Shown here one piece after another: positions 37,831 to 48,099 of a stretch of 64,000 nt of DNA (position 1 is its first letter; the number at the start of each line of letters is the position of its first letter). The notes below the pieces were generated by a model that saw only the letters and a program-made list of their open reading frames with translations, did no database searches and was not told where the DNA came from. A program made the translations under genes and the position numbers. The stretch covers positions 2,752,001 to 2,816,000 of the forward strand of contig OZ244197.1 of the NCBI GenBank assembly GCA_965216785.1, written 5' to 3'. The DNA is from Thermodesulfobacteriota bacterium. GTDB lineage: Bacteria; Desulfobacterota_D; UBA1144; Nemesobacterales; UBA2774.

Positions 37831-38037
37831 GAAGACATAATATATCGAAAAAATGAATCTATTGCACATTTTTTGCCGATTTGCTCTTACAAACCCTTAG
37901 AAAATGGAATATGTGCCGTAGAGATTAGCAGTGAGCGGGCGGTGGTTTTAATCCTCTCAAACGAGCTTTATTCGGACAACCACCCCTGTGTTACCGAATG
38001 TACGGGGTCTAGTGTGATGGAAGAACAAGGCTTGGCG

Positions 38038-39390
38038 CTATAAAATCAGCATAGCTATAAAGAGATAGAATACTGAGCCGAAGATGTCGTTGAACATTGT
38101 GAGGAAGGGACCTGAGGCGGCTGCGGGATCAAAGTCGAGCCTGTAGAGAGCAAGCGGCGCGGCGACACCTATGAATGAAGTAGCCATTGTGGCTGAAACC
38201 ATGGCTATGAACACAGCAATCGAGAGGCGAAAAACCTCGGGCTGCTGGTAGCTGATCATGGCGCCTATTACGGCTGCGATGAGTCCGCATATGACACCTA
38301 AAGCAAGCCCTACTCTAATCTCAGAGAAAACAATTCTGCCGACCTGCTTGACATTGATCGAGCCCATGCCGAGGCTCCTTATTACGATAGTCGTTGTTTG
38401 GAGCCCCACGTTTCCGCCTGTGGCCATTATTGCGGGCATGAACGCGGCGAGTATAGCTACTTTTTCAAGCGTCGGCTGAAACGCGTATACAATTATAAAT
38501 GCGATAAAGAGCTCTCCGATGAGAGTGAGCAGGAGCCACGGTGTCCTGAGCTTTATTCTGGTAAATGTAGGCGTGTAAATCGGGTGTAGGCTGTCTCCCA
38601 CACCGGCCATCTGCAAAAGGTCTTCGGAGGCCTCTTCTGATATAACGTCGAGCACGTCGTCTGCTGTGATTCTGCCGATGAGGACTCCCCTGGTGTCGAT
38701 TACGGGGAGAGTGACTATGTCGTATTTCTGGAATATTTTCGCTACCTCTTCCTGGTCTACATAAGGGGTGACGGTGACTTCGACAGGCTCCATCAGGTTT
38801 TCGACCTTGGCCCTGGGGCTTGCGAGAATGAGCTTACTCAGCGATATCTGCCCAAGAAGCTTATCATTCTCGTCCGTTACGAAAATGGAGTGAAAATCCT
38901 CTACTTCCTCTGCTATGAGCCTGATCCAATTGGTAGTGTCCCTGACCGTAAAGCTTTTATTGACCTTAACGAGCTCTGCCTGCATGAGGCCGCCTGCGGA
39001 GTCCTCTGGGTACTTTAGGAGAGGCGCAACGTCTTTTGCTTCCTCGGGGTCCATCTTGGAGAGCACTGTGCTGGCAGTCTGCTCGGGGAGCTCTCCTATG
39101 AGGTCCGCGGCATCGTCCGAGTCCATCTCCTCTGCGATGTCGGCTATCTTTTCTTCATCGAAATCCTCGAGTATGTCCTCACGCTGCTCGGGGTCGAGCT
39201 CGAGTATGACCTCTGAGGCAGTTTCATTATCCAGGGCATCGAGTATCTTTGTATGCTCTTCGGGGTCGAAGGACTGGATTATTCCGGCAATTTCGGAAGG
39301 GTGAATGGAGGACAGAGCTTCCCTGATCCCCTCTATATTTCCCTCAAGTAAATACTCGGATATTCTGGTTACGATCTCGGGTCTAGTCAT
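38038..39390 (-). CDS. mgtE: Magnesium transporter MgtE
   Basis: Acidic N-domain, YPEDSAGGLM, CBS pair, GGNVGLQ, DPAAASGPFLT..ND motifs. Confidence 0.93.
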   Translation of the reverse strand: MTRPEIVTRISEYLLEGNIEGIREALSSIHPSEIAGIIQSFDPEEHTKILDALDNETASEVILELDPEQREDILEDFDEEKIADIAEEMDSDDAADLIGELPEQTASTVLSKMDPEEAKDVAPLLKYPEDSAGGLMQAELVKVNKSFTVRDTTNWIRLIAEEVEDFHSIFVTDENDKLLGQISLSKLILASPRAKVENLMEPVEVTVTPYVDQEEVAKIFQKYDIVTLPVIDTRGVLIGRITADDVLDVISEEASEDLLQMAGVGDSLHPIYTPTFTRIKLRTPWLLLTLIGELFIAFIIVYAFQPTLEKVAILAAFMPAIMATGGNVGLQTTTIVIRSLGMGSINVKQVGRIVFSEIRVGLALGVICGLIAAVIGAMISYQQPEVFRLSIAVFIAMVSATMATSFIGVAAPLALYRLDFDPAAASGPFLTMFNDIFGSVFYLFIAMLIL

Positions 39391-39493
39391 TAGGCGCTCC
39401 GCCCGGAATGGATTAGTTGGTTATTGTATAGAATGACAAATAAAAGTAAAGTAGACTGATAAGCCGGCTTAAGCTGCCCCGTGAGAGCTAACA

Positions 39494-40330
39494 ATGCTAA
39501 GAGACTACGCAAATTTCATAAAATTCGAGCATACGCTATTTTCTCTGCCGCTTATTTTCGCAGGCTCGTTCCTTGCTGCCAGTGGACTGCCCCGCACCGG
39601 GACCCTAATACTGATAATTCTTGCCGGGACGGGCGCCAGGACCGCGGCGCTTGCCATAAACAGGATTATAGACAGAAGAATCGACGCGCTGAACCCAAGA
39701 ACCAGCGAAAGAGAGCTACCTGCGGGAAGGATCGGCCTGGGGAATGCTTACCTGGTAACAGCACTTGGGTTGATACTCTATTTTACGGCGGCCTATTTCA
39801 TATGTGATCTGGTATTATTTCTATCCCCGATTCCGCTTGTAGTATTCATTATTTACCCGTTCTTAAAGCGCTTCACGTACTTATGTCATTTCGGGGTCGG
39901 GCTCGCGCTCGCGCTTGCTCCACTGGGGGGCTTCGTTGCCGTAACATGCTATTTCGAGGACATATTCCCCGCCGTAGTGCTCTCCTGCTTTACGCTATTC
40001 TGGGTCTCCGGATTTGATATTATTTACGCTACGCTCGATGAAGAGTTCGATAAACGTGAGGGGGTATATTCCATGGTGTCGAGCTTTGGTAAGGACACCG
40101 CCCTTCGGGTATCCAGCATACTGCATCTGGCCGCGTACTTTGCCGCCGCGTTTTTGTACTTTTATTTATATAAGACAATATTTGCAGGGATATTGCTTAT
40201 AGTTATCGGTTTTCTGCTTTTTCTGGAGCATAAAAAGTCAGAGGACGTGGACTTCGCTTTTTTCAGAATCAACATCCTAATAGGGTTCGCTATCTTCCTT
40301 TTCGTGCTCGCTGGGCTATACTTACCATAG
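39494..40330 (+). CDS. UbiA-family prenyltransferase (futalosine pathway, MqnP-like)
   Basis: IKFEHTLFSLP, NRIIDRRID..NPRT..R.LP, GFDIIYA..D..FD motifs. Confidence 0.88.
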   Translation: MLRDYANFIKFEHTLFSLPLIFAGSFLAASGLPRTGTLILIILAGTGARTAALAINRIIDRRIDALNPRTSERELPAGRIGLGNAYLVTALGLILYFTAAYFICDLVLFLSPIPLVVFIIYPFLKRFTYLCHFGVGLALALAPLGGFVAVTCYFEDIFPAVVLSCFTLFWVSGFDIIYATLDEEFDKREGVYSMVSSFGKDTALRVSSILHLAAYFAAAFLYFYLYKTIFAGILLIVIGFLLFLEHKKSEDVDFAFFRINILIGFAIFLFVLAGLYLP

Positions 40331-40332
40331 TT

Positions 40333-40884
40333 ATGAGAACAATAGTCGGGTTTACAGGAGCTTCGGGAGTCGCGTACGGCGTGGATTTTCTGCGCAGGTG
40401 CCCGGACGATAAATTCCTTGTGGCGAGCAAGTGGGGAAAGAGAGTGCTGCATGAAGAGCTTGGGCTCAAGACCGAGGAGCTAAAGCCCTGGGTGAATGAA
40501 ATCTACAGCGATTCTGACCTTGCGGCGCCGTTTTCCTCGGGAAGCAACCATTTTGACGCGCTTGTAATCATCCCTTGCTCTATTTCCACTCTGGCAAAGA
40601 TAGCAAACGGTATAGCGGACACTCTGATTACGCGAATCGCGCAGGTGGCCCTAAAAGAAAGAAGAAAGCTTATTATCGCTTTAAGAGAAACACCTCTTAG
40701 CTCGATCGCGCTAGAGAACGCTCTAAAGCTCTCTCGCGAGGGTGCTGTGATAATGCCGATAAGCCCTCCTCATTATATGAACGCCGAGAGCGTATCGAGC
40801 CTTGTCGAGGGATATGTGGATAAGGTGCTTAATATGGTCGGAGTCGAGACTGGTAATGGATGGCGGCATGAAGAGCTTGAGTGA
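40333..40884 (+). CDS. ubiX: Flavin prenyltransferase UbiX
   Basis: TGASG, SSGS, PCS..TLAKIANG, LKERRKL, RETP motifs. Confidence 0.92.
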   Translation: MRTIVGFTGASGVAYGVDFLRRCPDDKFLVASKWGKRVLHEELGLKTEELKPWVNEIYSDSDLAAPFSSGSNHFDALVIIPCSISTLAKIANGIADTLITRIAQVALKERRKLIIALRETPLSSIALENALKLSREGAVIMPISPPHYMNAESVSSLVEGYVDKVLNMVGVETGNGWRHEELE

Positions 40885-41013
40885 GCTGTAAAAGTATTTT
40901 AGGTGTCATAATTTTAAAGTATTAACCTGTATTATTTCCAACATCATATATACTAAACCGGAGTTTCAAATAATTTATATAAAGCTCTTCTGAAAAAGAG
41001 CGCTTACGAGTAA

Positions 41014-42786
41014 ATGTCTAAAACAAATTTCTACGACCTGCAGGAATATATAAACCATTTAAAGAAAATCGGCGACGTCGAGTACGTGAAGGCCGAAGTC
41101 GATCCGATATTGGAGATAACGGAAATCGCCTCCAGAGTGATAAAAGAGAACGGGCCCGCGCTTATTTTCGAGAACGTAAAGGGCGCTTCGTACCCTATGG
41201 CAATTAACCTTTTCGGTACTGAAGAGAGGGTGGAACTTGCTCTAGGGAGAAAACCCCGGGAAGTGGGTGAGGAGCTAGTTGAAATATTCCATAAAGTTAA
41301 TCCTCCGTCCTTGAAAGCCTTTTTCTCAATACTCCCTAAGGCATACGACCTGCTTTCGATGAGGACAAAAAAAGTAAAATTCGGGTTTTCCCAAGAGGTG
41401 GAAGAGCGCCCGAACCTGGACAAGCTTCCGATAATAAAATGCTGGCCGGACGACGGGGGCAGGTTTATTACGCTCGGGCTCGTGCTTACGGAAGACCCCG
41501 TCACATCGAGAAGGAACCTCGGGATATACAGGATGCAGGTTTATGACGAAAAAACCACTGGTATGCACTGGCACCCTCATAAAGGCGGAGCCGCTCACTA
41601 CCATGAAGCTGGAAAACTGGGAAGGCCTCTTGAAGTAGCTGTGGTGCTGGGCGGGGACCCGAAAATGATATTCACCGCAATCGCGCCGCTGCCTGAGGGA
41701 ATGGACGAGATTGCATTCGCCAGCTATCTGAGAGGAAAGCCGATACCGATGGTCAAAGGCAAGAGCGTATCTGTTAGCGTGCCCGCAAACGCAGAGTTTA
41801 TTATAGAGGGCATAGTCCCCCAAAACGAGCTACGGGAAGAGGGTCCGTTTGGAGACCACTTCGGACACTATTCGATGGAGGCTGATTTTCCGGTATTTCA
41901 TCTAAACGAAATTACGCACAGGATAAACCCTATAATGCCGGCAACTATTGTAGGCAAGCCTCCAAAGGAAGACGTATTTCTGGGTATGGCGGCGGGGGAT
42001 ATGTTCTCCCCTCTGACACGGATTATACACCCGGAGGTAAAAGATATGTGGGCCTACCCTGAGGCGGGCTTCCATAATCTCTTGGTAGTATCTGTAGACG
42101 AGCGCTATCCCAAGAACGGAATAAAAGCTATGCTCGCGCTCTGGGGCACCGGGCAGCTGCTGCTTACGAAAGTTATGATTACCGTATCGAGCGACGTTAA
42201 CCCCAGGGACTGGGACCAAGTGCTAAGAGAGATCGGCGAGAATTTTGACCCGGACGAGGATTTTCTGATGATCCCGTGGGCCCCTCTGGACACTCTGGAT
42301 TTTACAAGCGGGAAATTAAACGTGGGAAGCAAGATGGGAATAAACGCGGTCAGGGGCAGCAGCCGCAAGAAGAAAAAGCCTGCGCCGAAAAAACTCCCCG
42401 ACCCGAGGGAAAAGCATAAGTCTATCCTTGACTGGAGGCTGCTCGAGGGAGGCATACTGGCGATAAAGCTTGATAAGAACCCAAAGGATATGATAAAGAA
42501 AATTTTTAAGACGCCGGGCTATGAGGATGTGAGGATTGTGGCTATCGTTAGCCCCGATATAGACATTCATGATAACACAGAGCTTATCTGGGGGATATTT
42601 ACTAGATTCGACCCGTATCTTGATGTAGTATTTGAGCGCACCGAGCTAAAGGGCTCGGCCGTTGTTTACGGCGGGCGGATGGGAATAGATGCTACGATAA
42701 AAAACTGGTATCCTAAAGTGATTGAAATGACACCGGATATCGAGGAGCTTGTAAGCGAAAGATGGAACGAGTACTGGACGAAATAG
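41014..42786 (+). CDS. UbiD-family decarboxylase (menaquinone futalosine pathway, MqnL-like)
   Basis: RNLGIYRMQ, EGPFGDHFGHY, GKPPKED, GIDAT motifs; duplicated C-terminal module. Confidence 0.9.
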   Translation: MSKTNFYDLQEYINHLKKIGDVEYVKAEVDPILEITEIASRVIKENGPALIFENVKGASYPMAINLFGTEERVELALGRKPREVGEELVEIFHKVNPPSLKAFFSILPKAYDLLSMRTKKVKFGFSQEVEERPNLDKLPIIKCWPDDGGRFITLGLVLTEDPVTSRRNLGIYRMQVYDEKTTGMHWHPHKGGAAHYHEAGKLGRPLEVAVVLGGDPKMIFTAIAPLPEGMDEIAFASYLRGKPIPMVKGKSVSVSVPANAEFIIEGIVPQNELREEGPFGDHFGHYSMEADFPVFHLNEITHRINPIMPATIVGKPPKEDVFLGMAAGDMFSPLTRIIHPEVKDMWAYPEAGFHNLLVVSVDERYPKNGIKAMLALWGTGQLLLTKVMITVSSDVNPRDWDQVLREIGENFDPDEDFLMIPWAPLDTLDFTSGKLNVGSKMGINAVRGSSRKKKKPAPKKLPDPREKHKSILDWRLLEGGILAIKLDKNPKDMIKKIFKTPGYEDVRIVAIVSPDIDIHDNTELIWGIFTRFDPYLDVVFERTELKGSAVVYGGRMGIDATIKNWYPKVIEMTPDIEELVSERWNEYWTK

Positions 42787-43871
42787 AAAAACTTTGTTAC
42801 GACGAAAAACTGCTGCCCATACTGGAAAAAGTAGCGGACGGGGAGCGTCTCAGCTTTGAAGACGGTCTTACGATAATGGATACGCAGGACATAAACACCG
42901 TTGGGATGATGGCTGATTACGTTAAGCGTAAAAGAGCCGGAGACAAGGTGTATTTTGTGGTTAACCGCCACGTTAACCCCTCTAACATATGCGCCATTTC
43001 ATGCAGGTTCTGCGCGTTCGGAACTACGAAAAAATCTGCCAATGCTTACGAGCTTTCGCACGATCAGATACTTTCCATGCTTTCCGATGAGATCAAAGAG
43101 GTCCACATTGTAGGCGGCCTTCACCCGAACTGGAAGTTTGAGGATTACCTGGAAATCGTAAAGCTTGTAAAAGATAACTACCCTGAAACACACGTAAAAG
43201 CGTTCACCGCTGTAGAGATCGACTGGTTTACGGAGATAAGCGGAAAGAGTCTTGAAGGAGTGCTCGAAACATTAAGAGAGACAGGCGTAGACGCTCTAAC
43301 GGGCGGAGGCGCGGAGATACTCCACCCGGACGTGCGTAAGAAAATATGCGCCCCTAAGACAGTCGCGACGCGCTGGGAGGAGATACACAAGCTTGCTCAC
43401 AGTATGGGAATTCCGACTAACGCGACGATCCTCTACGGGCATATTGAAGAGCCCTTTCACATAGTAGACCATTACGAGCGCCTTAGAAATATCGAGGATG
43501 AGTCACCGGGGTTCTTTGCGTTTATTCCAGTTTTGTTTCAGCCGGAAAACACGGGGCTGAAAAATCAGGTTAAATTCTTCCCCGCCTCATATGACCTTAA
43601 GATTCACGCTCTCGCGAGGCTATATCTGGACAACTTCCCGCACATTAAGTCCTACTGGATCACGCTTGGGGAAAAAATGGCGCAGGTTGCGCTGCATTAC
43701 GGGTGCAGCGACGCAGACGGCACGATCATGCGTGAGAAGATTATTCACGACGCCGGAGCCCCTTCAGAGCTTGGGCACACACGTGACTTTATGGTCAACA
43801 TGATTAAGAACGCAGGATTCGTTCCGGTTGAGCGCGACGCGCTTTATAATGAAATACAGGTTTTCAACTAA
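42762..43871 (+). CDS. mqnE: Aminofutalosine synthase (radical SAM)
   Basis: NRHVN.SN.CxxxCxFCAF, EVHIVGGLHP, HVKAFTAVEI, HIKSYW motifs. Confidence 0.85.
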   Translation: MERVLDEIEKLCYDEKLLPILEKVADGERLSFEDGLTIMDTQDINTVGMMADYVKRKRAGDKVYFVVNRHVNPSNICAISCRFCAFGTTKKSANAYELSHDQILSMLSDEIKEVHIVGGLHPNWKFEDYLEIVKLVKDNYPETHVKAFTAVEIDWFTEISGKSLEGVLETLRETGVDALTGGGAEILHPDVRKKICAPKTVATRWEEIHKLAHSMGIPTNATILYGHIEEPFHIVDHYERLRNIEDESPGFFAFIPVLFQPENTGLKNQVKFFPASYDLKIHALARLYLDNFPHIKSYWITLGEKMAQVALHYGCSDADGTIMREKIIHDAGAPSELGHTRDFMVNMIKNAGFVPVERDALYNEIQVFN

Positions 43872-43956
43872 CTCTTCCACTAAATGTTATCTATGCACTG
43901 CAATACCGAGTGAAAATTCCTGAAATTCATATGTACACATTCCCCAGAAATTTGTG

Positions 43957-44448
43957 TCAATCAATTTGATGGAACCACTTCTCCGGAGTTTGACCCAGGA
44001 TACCCCCGAAGTACTGCTCGTCTGAGTCCCTGAGCTTCCATGATTTGACTGTTTCGGGCCTTACGCTGATCGTAAGCTCGCCGATTGCGGTAAACCCGCC
44101 GCCTACTACCGGGTCTGCGAGGGCGGTATCTGTAAGATAGCGCTTAAGAATTTTAACATGGATCGCTTGAGACTCCTCGCCAGTTATTATCTCTGCGTTC
44201 CCAGTAGCGCTAACCCACTGTTCGCTGCCCTGTCTACCTCTGCTATCAACCATGATAGAAACGCCGGGACGTTTGAGTATGTTCTTATACTTCCTCGCAT
44301 ATGACCCGCTGGATATCAAGAATCGGTCGTCTTCAAAGAGGTACCACACGGGGGTGAGGTGAATCGAGCCGTCCTCGTTTTGCGTCGCCAAAGTAGCATA
44401 GTGGCGCCCCTTCAGAAAATCCCTAATTGAATCATTAAGCATAGACAT
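43957..44448 (-). CDS. Pyridoxamine 5'-phosphate oxidase-like (split beta-barrel) protein
   Basis: ATLAT.NEDGS.HLTPVWY, K.KNI..RP.VS motifs; AGGAGG SD. Confidence 0.8.
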   Translation of the reverse strand: MSMLNDSIRDFLKGRHYATLATQNEDGSIHLTPVWYLFEDDRFLISSGSYARKYKNILKRPGVSIMVDSRGRQGSEQWVSATGNAEIITGEESQAIHVKILKRYLTDTALADPVVGGGFTAIGELTISVRPETVKSWKLRDSDEQYFGGILGQTPEKWFHQID

Positions 44449-44515
44449 AACCTACCTCCTGATCTTTATTCAAAGCTGAACTAATTTAGACTATCTACAT
44501 TATAATATTTCTATC

Positions 44516-45277
44516 TCAAGTCTTGAGCCTGTAGCCGGTTTTAAAAATCCACCAGACTGCCGCTACGCATAGGATCAGGAAAAGTACCGTCATTGCAAAG
44601 CTCACTACCACGTTTACGTCCGCGATGCCGTAAAAGCTCCACCTGAAACAGCTTACGAGATATACAACGGGATTAAACAGGGTGACTTTCTGCCAGAACA
44701 CGGGCAGCATGTTGATCGAGTAAAAAGTTCCGCCCAAAAACGTGAGCGGCGTGATGATCATAAGCGGTACTATCTGTAGCTTCTCAAAACCATCGGCCCA
44801 GATGCCGAGTATAAACCCGAACAAGCTGAAAGTAACGGATGTGAGAACTAGGAAACCGAACATCCATATGGGATGCTCCACTTCGTATGCAATGAAAAGA
44901 CGAGCCGTAATGAGTATGAGCACGCCAAGAATGACCGATTTTGTTGCCGCCGCGCCTACATAGCCGATGACTATTTCAATGTAGGAAACTGGAGCGGACA
45001 GGACTTCGTAAATAGTGCCGGCAAAGCGCGGCATATAGATGCCGAAAGAGGCATTGGCAATGCTTTCTGTCATTAGCGAGAGCATTATAAGGCCCGGGAT
45101 GATGAACGCGCCGTAGCTGACCCCTTCGACATCACCCATGCGGGACCCGATTGCGTCACCGAAGACAACGAAGTATAGTGAGGTCGAAAGAATCGGCGTC
45201 GCTATGCTCTGGATAAGCGTCCTCCACATGCGCGCCATCTCGAATTTATATATAGCTCTTATGCCGTATATGTTCAT
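44516..45277 (-). CDS. ABC-2 transporter permease (YadH-like)
   Basis: [27 protein letters not shown] motifs. Confidence 0.88.
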   Translation of the reverse strand: MNIYGIRAIYKFEMARMWRTLIQSIATPILSTSLYFVVFGDAIGSRMGDVEGVSYGAFIIPGLIMLSLMTESIANASFGIYMPRFAGTIYEVLSAPVSYIEIVIGYVGAAATKSVILGVLILITARLFIAYEVEHPIWMFGFLVLTSVTFSLFGFILGIWADGFEKLQIVPLMIITPLTFLGGTFYSINMLPVFWQKVTLFNPVVYLVSCFRWSFYGIADVNVVVSFAMTVLFLILCVAAVWWIFKTGYRLKT

Positions 45278-46200
45278 TGTTTCTCGGTTACCAGACTGAC
45301 AAAGATTTCCTCAAGAGTGCTTTTGCTCGAATGAAGGTCCCTTATGTCTATCCCGTGATGATGGAGGTGTCCCAGGAGCTCCGCTACACCGGTTTGCTCG
45401 CTTCTGGCATCGAAGGTGTAAATAAGCTCAGTGCCGTCGGAAGATAGCTCAAGCGAAAGCTCATCGAATGCGCCCGGTATCGATTTTAGAGGATTCTGTA
45501 GCTCTAGTTTTAACTGCTTCTTACCCAGCTTCTCCATTAACGCCGTCTTGTCCTCTACTAAAATTATCTCTCCTTTATTGATAATACCGATGCGATCAGC
45601 CATCTCTTCCGCCTCATCTATATAATGAGTAGTAAGAATGATAGTAACGCCGTTTTCCCGCAGACCCCTTACCATCTCCCACATTTCCCGCCGCAGCTCT
45701 ACATCGACCCCGGCGGTAGGCTCATCGAGGAAAAGAATCTTGGGCTCGTGGGAAAGCGCCTTTCCAATTAATACGCGGCGCTTCATGCCGCCTGAGAGCT
45801 CTATGATCTTGGAATCTTTCTTATCCCAAAGCGATAGATCACGTAGGACTTTCTCGAGATAGGCGGGGTCCGGGGGTTTTCCGAATAGCCCACGGCTGAA
45901 ATTCATGGTATCCCCAACAGCTTCGAACACGTCCGTTGTGAGCTCCTGGGGAACCAGCCCTATTTTTGCTCTCGCGGCTTTATAGTCGGAAATGATATCA
46001 TGGCCGTCTGCGGTAATTGTGCCGGTGCTTGGGGTTACTATTCCGCAGATGATGCTGATGAGAGTAGTTTTTCCGGCTCCGTTGGGACCGAGTAATGCAA
46101 ATATCTCCCCCTTTCTTATATCCAGGTCAGTGCTTTTCAGGGCCTCGACGCCGGATGCATATATCTTAGACACATTCTTTACTGAAATGATGTTTTCCAA
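45274..46200 (-). CDS. ABC transporter ATP-binding protein (YadG-like)
   Basis: [30 protein letters not shown] motifs. Confidence 0.92.
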   Translation of the reverse strand: MENIISVKNVSKIYASGVEALKSTDLDIRKGEIFALLGPNGAGKTTLISIICGIVTPSTGTITADGHDIISDYKAARAKIGLVPQELTTDVFEAVGDTMNFSRGLFGKPPDPAYLEKVLRDLSLWDKKDSKIIELSGGMKRRVLIGKALSHEPKILFLDEPTAGVDVELRREMWEMVRGLRENGVTIILTTHYIDEAEEMADRIGIINKGEIILVEDKTALMEKLGKKQLKLELQNPLKSIPGAFDELSLELSSDGTELIYTFDARSEQTGVAELLGHLHHHGIDIRDLHSSKSTLEEIFVSLVTEKQ

Positions 46201-46382
46201 AAGTTAACCGCTCTAGTTTGATTTACAGCACCTATGTAGAAGGCTCTATAGGTTCCGTCATATTTGATGAGGAAAAAGTATATGGGATGCAATGCAAAAG
46301 GCAAAGGAAGTATATGGATTTCTGATAACTACATTCAGGCGATGGCAAGTATTAGGCTTGGACGTAAAATTGCCAGAAAATA

Positions 46383-46414
46383 CCACGGCCCATACAGGGG
46401 CCTCGTAATGACGG
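46383..46414. repeat. Degenerate REP-like palindrome
   Basis: CCACGGCCC-ATACAG-GGGCCTCGTAATGACGG; ends in AATGAC like the element at 34094-34121. Confidence 0.4.
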
Positions 46415-46449
46415 CTTCAGGGGATTTAATTCAATCCTTATTGCCAGTG

Positions 46450-47742
46450 TTACTCGGAATCTTCGGATTTACCGTCGAGCATCTGATAGAGCTTTCTGTT
46501 ACCGTTATTTTTCGCGAGCTGGTTCCAACGTTCAACGAGATAGTATTTAGATTCCTCAAACCTGCGGGTCCTGTCTTCAAGATAGAGCTCTGTTTCGGCG
46601 TCGTCCATCTTGGATACCCTGTTCACGAACGATAACGTACAGGAGTAATAAAGCGGTATCAGAGCTTCCATCATTTTTTCACGGTCTATATTGGTATTGT
46701 AAATATGGGCTAGAGTAAAATCGAACAAGATTCTGACCCATTCGTCGTCTTCATAATGAAACTCGTCGGGAGGAACTTCGCTAAGCCTGTGAAGGACCTG
46801 CATGTTCGAGGGCATAAGCACTTGCTGCCAAATATCGCCGTAATCCTCAAACCCGGTAATGAATGATTTGTGAAGCAGATCCGTGCTAACCGTAACTTCC
46901 TGGCTCACACCTGTTTGGCCGAGACCAAAGCCGTAAATGACGCTTGGGCGTGATACTTCAATGTTTTTCCAGACGTATTCAAAGATCTTTACCATCTCGA
47001 AGATGGTACCGACCACTTGTGAAAACATAGGTCCCAGATCGCTTGCCGGGTCTTTGGTGCGGTGGGTTTTCGATGAGCCCATGAATGCCTGGCAGACCTT
47101 AAAGTTGCGGCAAATGGCAACCGTGGTCATCCATATGTCTATACCGAAATTGCAGATCGCGTCGTTCCACGTAGGCTCGAGAAGCAAGCAATTGGCAAGC
47201 CTGCCCGAGAACGCGAAGTCTCCGGCAATCGGCTGCCGTATTCTGAGCCCAAAAAGCGTACGGAGCATGGGGTATGCAATGTTGTTTGTTATTGTGCCGT
47301 CGTATTTATGTCTCAGGTAAATGGGTACGACGAAATCGTATCCGTCAGTAAGGGGCTCGATGAAGTATTTTATCCACCTAGGCGTAAGACTCTTGAGGTC
47401 GGCGTCGAGCATAATTATGGCTTTGGCATTTAAGCCAGAGGCGACCTCTAGCAAGTTGCGGACGTTGCGTCCTTTGCCCAATACACCCTTTTTAGTAGAT
47501 ACGTACATCTTCGGGATTTTCGTTGGGGTGCTTAAAAATACATCTTTAGTCCCGTCAGGAGAGCAATTATCAACATTTACGATTACAGAGCTTTTATGTG
47601 GAAAATAGATATTGAGGCCCTTGCTCGCCTGCTCTACAGGGAAATATATGGAGTCTGCCTCATTATACGAGGGGATCCCGACGACTATGTCTGCAGAGGT
47701 TATTTTTGTGGGGTTTTCTATGTGATCTATCATAGATTCCAT
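46450..47742 (-). CDS. GT-A glycosyltransferase, glucosylglycerate/mannosylglycerate synthase-like
   Basis: VGIPSYNEA, GKG, DADL, Y.RHKYDGTITN, RQPIAGDF, FGIDIWMTT motifs. Confidence 0.75.
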   Translation of the reverse strand: MESMIDHIENPTKITSADIVVGIPSYNEADSIYFPVEQASKGLNIYFPHKSSVIVNVDNCSPDGTKDVFLSTPTKIPKMYVSTKKGVLGKGRNVRNLLEVASGLNAKAIIMLDADLKSLTPRWIKYFIEPLTDGYDFVVPIYLRHKYDGTITNNIAYPMLRTLFGLRIRQPIAGDFAFSGRLANCLLLEPTWNDAICNFGIDIWMTTVAICRNFKVCQAFMGSSKTHRTKDPASDLGPMFSQVVGTIFEMVKIFEYVWKNIEVSRPSVIYGFGLGQTGVSQEVTVSTDLLHKSFITGFEDYGDIWQQVLMPSNMQVLHRLSEVPPDEFHYEDDEWVRILFDFTLAHIYNTNIDREKMMEALIPLYYSCTLSFVNRVSKMDDAETELYLEDRTRRFEESKYYLVERWNQLAKNNGNRKLYQMLDGKSEDSE

Positions 47743-48099
47743 GATTAATGACCATCCTTCTTTAAGTACTTTGTTACACTCACTGCACGCGCCATGTATA
47801 CAAAATAATTTAGAATCTTATATAAAGTATACACCGCCTACATTATATAAATCTCATATATTAATAAATTGAAGCATCTAAGAGCTTCATTTAAACTCAA
47901 ATATATACTAGAATCGGGAAAAATCCATAGCTCAACCCACCTATACATGTATTTGGAAATCTACGCCGAAGAAACCATGGTAGTTATTGTATTTATCCGA
48001 CTAAAATAAATTAATACCGAGAACTTATATTATGTGATTTATTTCCGTATAATAAGGGTAGAGATAAGTAAATAAATAAAATACATGGAGGGAATTAAG

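Noticed and set aside
46264-46635. 123-aa + strand ORF
   Set aside because: Overlaps the glycosyltransferase antisense and runs through a REP-like palindrome; likely spurious.
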